Shown here in pieces: positions 29,177 to 39,628 of a stretch of DNA of 64,000 bases. Source of the stretch: Promethearchaeota archaeon. Its GTDB lineage: Archaea > Asgardarchaeota > Lokiarchaeia > Sigyniarchaeales > SOKP01. Numbering within the stretch: the stretch's first letter is position 1; each line of letters opens with the position of its first letter. Location: positions 50,626 through 114,625 of the forward strand of contig JBHLON010000003.1 in NCBI GenBank assembly GCA_048940445.1, given 5' to 3'. Below the pieces are notes generated by a model. That model had not been told where the DNA came from. It saw only the letters and a list, made by a program, of their open reading frames with translations, and ran no database searches. The position numbers and the translations under genes were made by a program.

Positions 29177-30397
29177 TTAATCCACGCGTTCTGTGTCTTT
29201 CTTAAGATTTTTCTTAAAATGAATTTTTTCAATAACAAAATGACTCAATAAATAGCATAACATAACCGTTAAAAGAAATATAATAGCAAGTTTTATAATA
29301 GGATAAAGGCTTACAGATGCAAATCCAAGTGATATGGCGACAAGGATAGGTGGATGAACGAGATACATATGATATGCACTAGCGGACAAGTTCCGTAATA
29401 TAGGTTCCTGTTTATTGAATTTTGCATAAAAAACTTTTATTAAAACAAAAATTACTCCCATGCAAATGATATTATCTACTAAAGCAAATATAAGAGCATG
29501 TAAATTATTCCCTCCTGTAAAATCGATAAGATTAACATTAATTACTATAGCTATAAAAAAATCGATATAAATTGCCACAAGTGAAATGATTATTGTAATT
29601 AACCAGATTTTTACATGTTTTTTAGACATTTTTTCGAACCACAAATACCTAATACATATAATACCGATGCTGAACATCATTAGATACTGAATGAGTTGCC
29701 CCCATGGTATTTCTAAAGGGCGTTGATCTATAGGTAAGAATATACGGATTAAAAAAGTAAGAAATCCTAATCCAATAGCTAAAAGGAGGAGAGAACAATA
29801 TCTTGGGATGGAAAATAGCTTTGGAACTTTTTTCTGTATGGCCTTTAGTTTAGTTATTTGACGCCAGAAAGTATAAACCGCAGTGAAGATTAGTAAAACC
29901 TTAAGAAACCACATAGGTCCTGCAAACGATAGAAATTCAATAAATGTTTCCCATGATACAAATCTACTTAAATAATATTCTAGAAACGTTCCTTGCAACA
30001 TAGGGTTAGTATTCCAAGGAGAAATTCCTAATTTAGCTAGAACATATATCATAAGAGGATTAATTAATATAGTATATAGAAGGAGAGGGATACCAAGACG
30101 AATTAGTCGTTCTTTCCAGAATCTACGAACCCCTTTTCGATCATAACTTTTTGGAGTAAAATATCCCCCCAATAAAAAGAATAATCCTAAGAGTGAAGTT
30201 TGAAACACACCTCCAATTGAGGTTAAAAGTAAAAAGAATATATAACTGAAAGGATCTTCTGGATTAGACTCTTTATAATACCACCAACCCACCTCACCAT
30301 AAGTGACCGTCACGTGCCAAAAAATCACTAGAATAGTAAAAAGGACCTTTATATTATCAAGGAAGAGATACCGGATCTTTTGAAATTCTGTTTTCAT
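29177..30397 (-). CDS. Acyltransferase family 3 (OpgC/MdoC-like)
   Basis: R.LFLDNIK..LVIFWH, LFFLLGGYF, R..RLGIP, GPMWFL, YLVH; multi-TM. Confidence 0.9.
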   Translation of the reverse strand: MKTEFQKIRYLFLDNIKVLFTILVIFWHVTVTYGEVGWWYYKESNPEDPFSYIFFLLLTSIGGVFQTSLLGLFFLLGGYFTPKSYDRKGVRRFWKERLIRLGIPLLLYTILINPLMIYVLAKLGISPWNTNPMLQGTFLEYYLSRFVSWETFIEFLSFAGPMWFLKVLLIFTAVYTFWRQITKLKAIQKKVPKLFSIPRYCSLLLLAIGLGFLTFLIRIFLPIDQRPLEIPWGQLIQYLMMFSIGIICIRYLWFEKMSKKHVKIWLITIIISLVAIYIDFFIAIVINVNLIDFTGGNNLHALIFALVDNIICMGVIFVLIKVFYAKFNKQEPILRNLSASAYHMYLVHPPILVAISLGFASVSLYPIIKLAIIFLLTVMLCYLLSHFVIEKIHFKKNLKKDTERVD

Positions 30398-30675
30398 GGG
30401 AATGGAACATCTTATTTTTCAATTAATTATATAAGGGTGTTGATTTCTAATATAAAGTTGATCTTTTTTCAATACCTTTGAATTTTCTAATTACCAAATG
30501 ATTTCTCTTCTCAAATGAATATCATAATTAGTCTTTAGATCAAGTCTTCAAATTCTTAGGAAATTAAATTCTGAATTTTAATTATCTTATTAATTAAATA
30601 GTTCTACTCTTTAAATAGAATGATTAACTATATTGCAGAAATTCAATAATTAAAATAGTAAAAATGTGATATTAA

Positions 30676-30990
30676 TTGCCAAAATGCCCATATTGTAAAA
30701 ATGAACTCGAAGTAAAAATTGAAATAAACTCTGCACCTATCAATGATAAGTTTAGAGATGATATATTAAAAGTTTACGAGGCTTTCATAGAAATTCAAGC
30801 TGAGATTGCCCCATTTGGGGGAAAGATGCTAAAAAGTATGGCAAAATGGGGTCTGAAGTTTGTTGATAAATACTTAGATCGGATTGGGGCCATGCCCTTA
30901 ATATGGCACTCTTGTTCAAAATGTGATTCTGTAATATCATCCGAATCCTTAGTTGATTTGATGTCTTCAAGGACGTCAGGCTCATCATAA
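30676..30990 (+). CDS. Zinc-binding small protein
   Basis: CPYC...CSKC. Confidence 0.65.
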   Translation: MPKCPYCKNELEVKIEINSAPINDKFRDDILKVYEAFIEIQAEIAPFGGKMLKSMAKWGLKFVDKYLDRIGAMPLIWHSCSKCDSVISSESLVDLMSSRTSGSS

Positions 30991-31124
30991 AAAGAATTAC
31001 AATTTAATTCCAGTAAAATGGAATTTTAATTTTTTTTATTATTTTTTCCAGAAAAAAATATATTAATTTGTACTTACTTCTCTCTGTAATTAATCCTTAA
31101 TATTTCTTTTAAAACATTAAAACT

Positions 31125-31640
31125 ATGGTCCGAATAGTCGAGGTTTCACCACATAATCGAAAATGGAAAAAGAAGTTTGACTTGGAGGCTAGAATTATTA
31201 AATCAATTTTTAACAAAGAAATATTAGCCATCCATCATATAGGCAGTACTGCTATACCTGAAATTAGTACCAAACCTATCATTGATATTTTAGTTGAGGT
31301 TTGTAACATAGATGTAATAGATAACTATAATGCTAAAATGATTACTCAGGGTTATATTCCAAAAGGAGAGTCTGGTATCCCTAGAAGAAGATTATTTATC
31401 AAAGGTAGTGAAGAATTAAGAACATTTCATATTCATATCTTCGAAAAAGATAATTCTGAAATAACTCGTCTTCTAAATTTCAGAGATTATTTGAAAGCTC
31501 ATCCTAAAGAAGCACAAAAATATAGTAAATTAAAAGAAAGACTCGCGCGAGAATATTCAGAAAATATTGATGGTTATTTAAAGGGAAAAGATAATTTTAT
31601 TAAAAAAATTGATAAAAAAGCTAAAGATTGGAGATGTTAA
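31125..31640 (+). CDS. GrpB/UPF0157 nucleotidyltransferase-fold protein
   Basis: HHIGSTAIP, KPIIDI, FRDYL, Y..GKD.FI. Confidence 0.93.
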   Translation: MVRIVEVSPHNRKWKKKFDLEARIIKSIFNKEILAIHHIGSTAIPEISTKPIIDILVEVCNIDVIDNYNAKMITQGYIPKGESGIPRRRLFIKGSEELRTFHIHIFEKDNSEITRLLNFRDYLKAHPKEAQKYSKLKERLAREYSENIDGYLKGKDNFIKKIDKKAKDWRC

Positions 31641-31682
31641 ATAATTTTTAATAGAAATTAGATTCTGAATTTACATTTGAAA

Positions 31683-33560
31683 TTATAATAAACCCTCTTT
31701 TTTAAGCTTCGATTCAACATTATTTAAATTTAGCCTTTGCAATATTTCAGAAGTGGGCACACCTTTATCATTCCACCCCACCGCTGTGTAATATTCGGAT
31801 TTTAATTTCTCAAATATATCTTTATCTATTGATTTCCCTTTATATGGTCCCGATGGGAGAGGTTCCCAAAATCTAGATGGCAGATTATCGTCTTGCTCTG
31901 ATCTCCATTCTGCATCTGGTCCTCCAAGCAATGACACTGCTCTCTGTAATTGTAAAATTCTTAATCCTTTTTCACTGAACCAACTTTCTTTTAGTAATTC
32001 CCAACCCGTTACAGTTTGATAGAAACTTGCGATTTGATCAAAATCGAGAGTAAAGGTGGTAAAGAAACAATATACGGCAGAATCGCTCAGAATTGAGTTT
32101 AATTCACTTCCATCTCCATCAATAGGAAGTGCGGCTGATGATGTATGATCTCCTGCTTGAACTGATACGCTATATCCAATGGAGGTTTGTGTAACCATAT
32201 CTTTGCCGCTTTTAAGGCCGTGAGCTCCGATTGCCATGCCTTTAAGATGAATCGCATACTTAAGTATTTCGGTTTTTTTCATTTCTTCAAGTTTTAAAGC
32301 TGCTCGATATATACCTTCTGCTAATATATCTCCAATACCTTCTCTAAATGCAATTTTTCTGGCCAATTCTGCAAACGCGTCAACATTTCCCCATTCAAGA
32401 TTAATTCCTCCTAAATCTTCTTTTGAAAGGATACCCCTTTGGAATAATTCTCCAGTAAATCCCAAAATAGCGCCACCTTGAATGCCACAAAATCCTAATT
32501 CTTCGATTATATACGAGAGATAAATATTCTGTTCTGGTGAAAAAATACCCAAATTTGTTCCCAAGAATGCTTCAAGCTCATAGTCGGGATTATCACAGAT
32601 TGCCCCAGCGTATTTTCCATCTCTTAATACCGCTAACTTTAGGCACGTAACAGGACAGCCGTAGTCTCCCCAGTACTTTTTTACCCAAAGTTTGTCGAAT
32701 TCTTCACCTCTATAACTTTTTTCATTATGCCATTCTTCCTGCCAATTTCTAACTGGCTCTGAACTTGAGTCAGCACCAAATGTATATCCTCCTGATCCTG
32801 TCCCCCAACGTCTAAAAAATTCTATTGTAAAACAATTCTTTGAAAATTCTTGCGATAGCTCAAGCATTTTATCTTGATCGATCACATCTGGTAAGGGCCC
32901 AAAACCTTTTACGACCACTGCTTTCAAGTTTTTAGAACCCATTACACCGCCGTATCCTCCATAACCAGCCGCGTGAGCATATTTTGCTTCTACGGCTGCT
33001 ACTCGGGATTTATTTTCTCCAGCAGGACCAATATAAAGAACTGAAGGTTCCTTAAACTCACCATAATTAGGATGAATCTTTTTGATGTCATTAATCGAAT
33101 CTTTTATGAGGTAACGCATAGATTCTCTGCTAGTTTTTCCCCATATGTGTGAAGCATTCTTAATCTCTACGTAATCATCGCAAATAAATACATAACTCGG
33201 TTTTTCAGCCTTTCCCGTAAAGATTATTCCGTCATAACCTGCACATTTCAATTCCACACCAAACTCTCCTGCGACTGTTGATCCTATAATTCCATTACCC
33301 TGGGGAGACTTCCCTGTTACACAAATTCTAGCACCAAGAAAATATCCCGTAAAAGGGCCAGTAAGCATGAGTAAAATATTTTCAGGATCTAGAGGATCAA
33401 TAGTCTCCCACTTATTTCCAAGCCGATCCCATAATATCTTTACTCCTAAACCCCTACCTCCGATGTAATCCCGAAGAATTTCATCTGAAAATGTAATTTC
33501 TTCGATTTTATTATTTGTCAGATTTATTTCCAGAAATTTTCCCGCATAACCATTCACCAT
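31683..33560 (-). CDS. Tungsten aldehyde:ferredoxin oxidoreductase family, large subunit (GOR/WOR-like)
   Basis: GYAGKFL.INL, IGGRGLG, GKSP, IGPAGEN, GGVMGSKNLKA, PDYE, GWN..GVP. Confidence 0.92.
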   Translation of the reverse strand: MVNGYAGKFLEINLTNNKIEEITFSDEILRDYIGGRGLGVKILWDRLGNKWETIDPLDPENILLMLTGPFTGYFLGARICVTGKSPQGNGIIGSTVAGEFGVELKCAGYDGIIFTGKAEKPSYVFICDDYVEIKNASHIWGKTSRESMRYLIKDSINDIKKIHPNYGEFKEPSVLYIGPAGENKSRVAAVEAKYAHAAGYGGYGGVMGSKNLKAVVVKGFGPLPDVIDQDKMLELSQEFSKNCFTIEFFRRWGTGSGGYTFGADSSSEPVRNWQEEWHNEKSYRGEEFDKLWVKKYWGDYGCPVTCLKLAVLRDGKYAGAICDNPDYELEAFLGTNLGIFSPEQNIYLSYIIEELGFCGIQGGAILGFTGELFQRGILSKEDLGGINLEWGNVDAFAELARKIAFREGIGDILAEGIYRAALKLEEMKKTEILKYAIHLKGMAIGAHGLKSGKDMVTQTSIGYSVSVQAGDHTSSAALPIDGDGSELNSILSDSAVYCFFTTFTLDFDQIASFYQTVTGWELLKESWFSEKGLRILQLQRAVSLLGGPDAEWRSEQDDNLPSRFWEPLPSGPYKGKSIDKDIFEKLKSEYYTAVGWNDKGVPTSEILQRLNLNNVESKLKKEGLL

Positions 33561-34090
33561 TCATACACCTCTTTAGTTGCTTTTTCACCTAATATTTTTA
33601 CTGCAGTTTCATGTGCGAGTTCTTTAGGGGTTTTAGCTGGTGTTTTATTCGTTTCTATATCTTGACTTTCTAAGAGAATCAAAGTATCCCACTTTCCTTC
33701 TTGACAACTAACTGTACATTTCGGTTTACCACCACATAAATCGCAAATTACTATGTAATCATCTCGAGGATGGAGATGTGGTATTCTTCCAGGGCAGGCA
33801 TTAATACATGTTCCACAAGCGGTACATTTCAATTTGTCAGTGATTACAGCTCCAGTAAGATCGTTTATAGATAAAGCTTCTTCGGGACAAGCTTCAACAC
33901 AAGGATAATCATTACATTGAAAGCAAAGATGAGGTATTTCTACTCCGGGAACGAACATAAAAACTCTCACTCTTGAAGCTTCCGGCCAAATTTTCCCTTC
34001 GTGATAAAGAGAACACGCAATCTCGCATCTTCTACATCCGCTACATTTTTCATAATTTCTTTTTATCCATAGATTATTTACATCTTCCAT
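33554..34090 (-). CDS. 4Fe-4S multicluster subunit of the oxidoreductase
   Basis: CSGCRRCEIACS, CFQC..PCVEACP, CTACGTCINACP, CDLCGG; overlaps the start of the large subunit. Confidence 0.93.
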   Translation of the reverse strand: MEDVNNLWIKRNYEKCSGCRRCEIACSLYHEGKIWPEASRVRVFMFVPGVEIPHLCFQCNDYPCVEACPEEALSINDLTGAVITDKLKCTACGTCINACPGRIPHLHPRDDYIVICDLCGGKPKCTVSCQEGKWDTLILLESQDIETNKTPAKTPKELAHETAVKILGEKATKEVYEW

Positions 34091-34513
34091 ATCAATACCT
34101 CATTACTTGTAAATGGTCATTTTTTATTAAATTTTCTCTTATTTGTAATAAGCTTATACGCAATGATGAAATACACATCTGATAATTTAGAGAAGTGAAT
34201 ATTTAAAGCAAATCGTGCTCCAAATTATCTTAATTATAGGGATTAAAGATGTAAGTAGAGATAATTATTAATTTCTTAAAAGTATTAAAATTTAAACCCA
34301 ATCCTCTTTTTTTAAACCATTAGAAAAAAGACATGTATAATAGTAACTTTTAGATCGTACATATTTATGGCATATCTTAAAGAAGAGTTATTGCAAGAAA
34401 TTGAAGGAAAAATTGCTAAAAGAATAACATTTACTGTGAATTAGGGACTACTTTTATAAAAAAAAAAAAAGGATTTTAAAATATTGTTCTCATCTATCAC
34501 ATTTGATTTAGCT

Positions 34514-35206
34514 TTATAAGAACCAATGTTCCATATAATTTGTCAGACAGGATGCCGGACCGACCGGCAATTCCATTGGGCCAAAAGGTGTTTCAACTTC
34601 CCATATCGCTCCAACAAGAGCCCATCCTCCTCCTTCCCAAATTAAAGGTTCTTCGTCCCAGGGAATTGTCGCAGGATTCATGGGATCATCAGGATCAGCT
34701 TCATAATATTTGGCTGTAGGACTTAGAAACATCAAAATCTGTGCTGATACATATTTACCTTCAGTATTTGGCATGGTTATTGGAAATGAATTACGAAAAA
34801 ATACTTCGAAATTGGTATCAGTAGTTTTAAACATTCCCTCACCCATTACCCACGTAACGTTAATCCACCAGACATTAAAGATTGGGCAATAAAAGTAATG
34901 ATTAGTCGTTAGAACTAATCCATCTTGGAGCTTTCCTATCATCATATACACTTTTTTACCTGATTCATAGATTTTTTGATTGAATTCTATATGCACTTTA
35001 TCATCTTTAATCTTTGCCATGATAAAATTCGTTGCCCCAGCAAAACCTGGATCTATGTCATCTCCTTTTGCCATGATATCAACCATTAAGATACGATTAG
35101 GATTAGTAGCTTTCACCGGTGCTATCATTGCTACAATACCAAGTAAAAGTGACATCGTAATCAAAATTGTAGTTAATTTTAATTTCTTTTTCACTACCAC
35201 TTTCAC
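34514..35206 (-). CDS. Hypothetical secreted protein
   Basis: KKKLK plus hydrophobic stretch plus PVKA signal peptide. Confidence 0.7.
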   Translation of the reverse strand: MKVVVKKKLKLTTILITMSLLLGIVAMIAPVKATNPNRILMVDIMAKGDDIDPGFAGATNFIMAKIKDDKVHIEFNQKIYESGKKVYMMIGKLQDGLVLTTNHYFYCPIFNVWWINVTWVMGEGMFKTTDTNFEVFFRNSFPITMPNTEGKYVSAQILMFLSPTAKYYEADPDDPMNPATIPWDEEPLIWEGGGWALVGAIWEVETPFGPMELPVGPASCLTNYMEHWFL

Positions 35207-35599
35207 CCCATATTTTTTTTAATATAGATCTTTTACTCGCCTCGAAAGGATTGATCCTTTAAACAAGGCGTTAATTTTAACATAAAAAAAAATGTTATAA
35301 AATGTTTCGAGACATCATATTTATAATTGAGGCTTCGATAGTTCCATGGAACACATACATTGGGATGGATGTTTAATTTTATCCCGCCTTCTATTGGAAT
35401 TCAAATAAAAATATAAGAATAATAAATATATAACGCTTTCTACATATTTATAAGAGTTCCTCAGTGCAATTTTCAAAGAAACCAGATTATGAATTTAGGT
35501 GAATAAGGAAGAAAATAGAATAATAAACTTATCTTTTCGTAACCTACTTTAAATGACAGGGATTTTTCACTCAATTTTCATTGAAATCAGATGGTGAAT

Positions 35600-36691
35600 T
35601 TAACTTTCAAAATTGAGGGGATATGTACCCCATTTTTTTATCGCTTTTGGGATTGTCATAATATTATTCAATGAGACGCCCCAAGGTAAGCAACAAATAG
35701 GGCTCACAGCATATCTTCCTCCAGGAGCTAATTTCTTGATGTTTTCTTTTACTATATTTTCAACATCACGTGAAGTACCATTGAGTAATTCCCTACTTAC
35801 ATCTATATTCGCTCCTAATATTGTCACCTCAGGATGATTCTTCTTAAATTCAACCCAATATTCAATATCTAATGGATGTGAACCATTCACCGCCAATAAC
35901 TCTAGTTCATTACACATTTCATCAAAATAAGGATTAGTTCCACAATTATGGAGAATAATCCTTGCTTTTGTTTCTTTCTGTAATTGTTTAATAAATTGTC
36001 CTTCATATTTCATAGCATTTTCAAAACTCATCATGTGTTTATTAAACGCATAACCAGTAAAGAAAATTGTTCGACTGGCTCCCACTTTTTCAATAAAGAA
36101 GTTATACAAATCCAATTGAGATTGATACACTTTTTCACAGAGCTTTAATAACAGTTCAGGGTTACGACGCATATCTCGATATGCTTGTACCCCTCTCAAT
36201 TCTTGGACTACCGACCAAATTCCAAGAGAACAACTCAGTTGAAACCTTGTTTTTTCTTTAACAAGATTAGTTGCTGAGAGACAAGTATCCCATAATGAGA
36301 TTTTACTATGATCTGGTATCTCTAATCTTTCGATATCTTCTTCAGATTTGCAAATATCACCTTGCTTAACCATAAATACTTTATAGTCAGACCATTTAAT
36401 TACATTTTCTTTATTATTTGCTTCTGCAAATGCCAATGCTTCAGCAGGACCGGCATAAGCCGTTGGAATTGAAAGTGTGTCTGCTTTTATGAATTCATAT
36501 GTCGCAATAGCAGCATTTGCATAAGCTTTAGGTGAAGAAAGAAGCTCTCGAAGGGTTTTACCTGATATTCGGCATATTAATTCTTCGCATGCGAGCGGAA
36601 AAAAGGGTACTCGGTCAATATCTGATAATCCAGCAAAAGTAGCTCTTATTCTACGGGTAGATGCTTCCCAATCATGTGGCACTTTAAACAA
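35600..36691 (-). CDS. MtaA/CmuA (uroporphyrinogen decarboxylase family) corrinoid methyltransferase
   Basis: DRVPFFP, ILHNCG zinc motif, SPICCLP; next to a corrinoid protein. Confidence 0.85.
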   Translation of the reverse strand: MFKVPHDWEASTRRIRATFAGLSDIDRVPFFPLACEELICRISGKTLRELLSSPKAYANAAIATYEFIKADTLSIPTAYAGPAEALAFAEANNKENVIKWSDYKVFMVKQGDICKSEEDIERLEIPDHSKISLWDTCLSATNLVKEKTRFQLSCSLGIWSVVQELRGVQAYRDMRRNPELLLKLCEKVYQSQLDLYNFFIEKVGASRTIFFTGYAFNKHMMSFENAMKYEGQFIKQLQKETKARIILHNCGTNPYFDEMCNELELLAVNGSHPLDIEYWVEFKKNHPEVTILGANIDVSRELLNGTSRDVENIVKENIKKLAPGGRYAVSPICCLPWGVSLNNIMTIPKAIKKWGTYPLNFES

Positions 36692-37334
36692 CTCCCATTA
36701 GTTCTTTAATTAATTTCACACCTTCCCAACCATCTTTGGTCCAAGCATCGGCACCGATATGTTCACATGATTCTTCAGATAAAATGCCGCCACCTAAGAC
36801 AATTTTTGCTTTAATCCCTTCTCTTTTAAGTAAACTAACAATCTCTGTCATTTTAGATATTGTTACAGTTAGTAATCCACTTAATCCTATAATATCTGGA
36901 TTTTCTTTTTTTGCCATATATAGGAATTTTTCAGGAGGAACGTCTACACCTAAATCGATGACATCAAATCCTTGACCTTGTAATAGCGCTACTATTACAG
37001 TCTTCCCAATATCATGTAAATCTCCCTCAGGAGTTCCAATTAATAGTTTACCCTGTGAATGATGAGTTCCTTCTTCTAATTTAGTTTTAATCAGATTCAT
37101 GGAATCATTAATGGCATCAGCAGCTAAAATCATATCCGCTAAAAAAAATTCTCCCTTTTCATATTTTTTTCCAACTTCTTCAGCCCCACTGATTATTGCT
37201 TCATTTAATATACGTTTAGGTTTAACTTGTGTATCTAATGCTTGTTTGACAAGATAAGTTGCATCTTCTGATAATCCTTCAATAATGGCATTTTTTAGTC
37301 TCAGTAGTGTTTCATGTTCACCCAAAATTCTCAA
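36684..37334 (-). CDS. Corrinoid (B12-binding) protein, MtaC/MtbC-like
   Basis: GDLHDIGK, DLGVDVPPE, GLSGLL, LGGG, GAD. Confidence 0.95.
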   Translation of the reverse strand: MRILGEHETLLRLKNAIIEGLSEDATYLVKQALDTQVKPKRILNEAIISGAEEVGKKYEKGEFFLADMILAADAINDSMNLIKTKLEEGTHHSQGKLLIGTPEGDLHDIGKTVIVALLQGQGFDVIDLGVDVPPEKFLYMAKKENPDIIGLSGLLTVTISKMTEIVSLLKREGIKAKIVLGGGILSEESCEHIGADAWTKDGWEGVKLIKELMGVV

Positions 37335-37693
37335 TCACAATTGAGTAGTTAATTCAAGAATCAAATAGCTTAGATTATATGATATTCTAATAAAAACCAA
37401 TTTCTATAAAAATTTTATGATATATTTGATTCGTCAACTAACCATGGTGGAAAGATAACTTCAGAAACAAATTTAGGTTTTAATTTCTATGTATAAGATA
37501 AAACCTTATTTTCTTAAAAAATACTCTTAGTGAAATTCTCATTGAAATCAGATGCTGAATTTACACTTCATGAACCTTTTTATCATTCCAAATCCAAAAT
37601 TATAAACAATAGCAATTAATGGACTCCCACTCTTTAATCAATCATCTTTGAAATATATATATTAAATATCTAAAATTAAAATTCGAAAATAAA

Positions 37694-38437
37694 ATGTCAA
37701 AAATAGATATTAGAAAAGATCTCCATGATTTTGGGAAATATATTCAAGTTGCTGCAATTTTAACGATTGTGAGCATTTTCGCTGGAATAACTGGTTTTAT
37801 TGCAATTATTTTTGTTTTTATTGCGATAAGAAGTCTTAAGAGAGTAAATTATTCCTTAAATAACTTATCATTACATGAATTTCGCTCAAAATACATCAAA
37901 GGTTATATCTCAAGAATATGTGGTATGGTTGTCTTTATTATCGGAGGAGTTAATCTTGCTTTATTTTTCTTTAGCTCAACCTCAATTCCAATCTATATCT
38001 CACTCTCTATCCCTATAATTCTTATGATCTCCGGTATAATATTTATATACGTAGGCGTGGCAGCCGAAATGAAAGCGTGGAAAAACTTAAAAATGTTTTT
38101 TGAGAATAATTTTAAGTTGTTTCCAGCTTATATGTCTGAAGAGGCAATTAAGGGGTGCGATAAACTAAAAACGGGTACACTCTTAAGCTCCTTAGGATTT
38201 TTAATTGTTCCGGCAATCATCGGCTTTATCTATCATATCAAAGGATATTTCATGCTCGCAACACTAAAAAAGTTGCCAATTTATGACACTCCAGAATCTT
38301 CGGAGCTGCAAACTCCTGTACCTGAATCACAATCCATAAAAAGCTATGAACTAAGAATAAATTTTTGCCCAAATTGTGGGGCTAAATTATCTGGAATAGG
38401 GAATTTTTGTGCCCAGTGCGGTTCAGAAATCAGCTAA
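37694..38437 (+). CDS. Membrane protein with C-terminal zinc ribbon
   Basis: TM helices, FCPNCG...FCAQCG. Confidence 0.8.
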   Translation: MSKIDIRKDLHDFGKYIQVAAILTIVSIFAGITGFIAIIFVFIAIRSLKRVNYSLNNLSLHEFRSKYIKGYISRICGMVVFIIGGVNLALFFFSSTSIPIYISLSIPIILMISGIIFIYVGVAAEMKAWKNLKMFFENNFKLFPAYMSEEAIKGCDKLKTGTLLSSLGFLIVPAIIGFIYHIKGYFMLATLKKLPIYDTPESSELQTPVPESQSIKSYELRINFCPNCGAKLSGIGNFCAQCGSEIS

Positions 38438-38532
38438 AATTTATTTAAAATACTTTCTTTTTTTTTAAATCTCTAAAATTTAAATTCAAACTTTTCTTTT
38501 CTGAATTACACTTATTTGATCATTAATGTAAT

Positions 38533-39327
38533 ATGTCAACGATTTATTTTACCAAAAATCCGGATAGAAAAAGATTTGTCGCGTCGCTAATACCAAGATT
38601 TATAAAACATATTGACGGGAGAGTTCTTATAAAAGTAAATCTAGTCTCATATAACGCGTATCCAACAACAACTCATCCTGAAATGATAGAAGCTGTGTAT
38701 GAGCAAATTAAATCAAGCTCCTCTGAAATAATATGTGGGGATGGTCAAAGCATAGATTTATCAGCCAAGAAGATAGAAAATCATCCAATTATTGAAAAAT
38801 GTGAAGAGTTAGGTATTCCTTTTGTAAACTTTTATGATCATTCTTTTAAAAAAGTAAAAAGCACGAGAGGATTTTCTTTAAAAGTATCGGAAATTCCATT
38901 TCAGCAAGACTTTATAATCTCTCTTCCGATTTTAAAGGATCATTTTATTGTAAAACTAACTAATGCTTTAAAGGATAAGTTTGGATATCTACCAAAAACC
39001 GAACGATTAAAAATGCATACAAAGCTTAAAGATATTCACAAAGGAATCGCTGAATTAAACACTATATTTAAATCCCATTTAATTATTTGCGATGCCTTAA
39101 AAGTAATGGTAAAGGCTCAGGAATTTAGGCATGGTGGAGAAGAAAAAGATTTAGGGTATCTCTTTGCAGGAACAGATCCTATTGCTTTAGATTTTTATGG
39201 TTTTAAGATATTGCAACCAATTTCAATTAAATTAAAAGATATAGATAATCCATTGGAAATAAAATATATTAAATATGCTTTAGATTATGGAGTTGGATCC
39301 ACGGATTATAATATGGAAGAACTTTAG
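38533..39327 (+). CDS. DUF362 family protein
   Basis: LIKVNLV, TTHPE, SLPILKDH, LTNALK, DPIALD. Confidence 0.88.
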   Translation: MSTIYFTKNPDRKRFVASLIPRFIKHIDGRVLIKVNLVSYNAYPTTTHPEMIEAVYEQIKSSSSEIICGDGQSIDLSAKKIENHPIIEKCEELGIPFVNFYDHSFKKVKSTRGFSLKVSEIPFQQDFIISLPILKDHFIVKLTNALKDKFGYLPKTERLKMHTKLKDIHKGIAELNTIFKSHLIICDALKVMVKAQEFRHGGEEKDLGYLFAGTDPIALDFYGFKILQPISIKLKDIDNPLEIKYIKYALDYGVGSTDYNMEEL

Positions 39328-39628
39328 ATGTAAATCTCTACAATACTTGTATCTAAAATAAATTAGAGATAATATTATTAAATTGTTAAAGATAAGATCA
39401 CAGTTCTTAAAGAGTTAAAAGAAATTGTCAATAGAAGAGCATAATTCTTCATTAAAAAATTTTAAAAAGTATTTAGCTTTATTCATTTAATTTATTATAA
39501 ATAAAAACAAGTAATCTTTAATTTTTTTAAATAAAAATATTAAAATTTAATTTTGAATTTCTGATTTTAAAGTTCTTATTCTCTACTAAATATTTACATA
39601 ATCAAATATCTTCAAAGAAAATTATATT

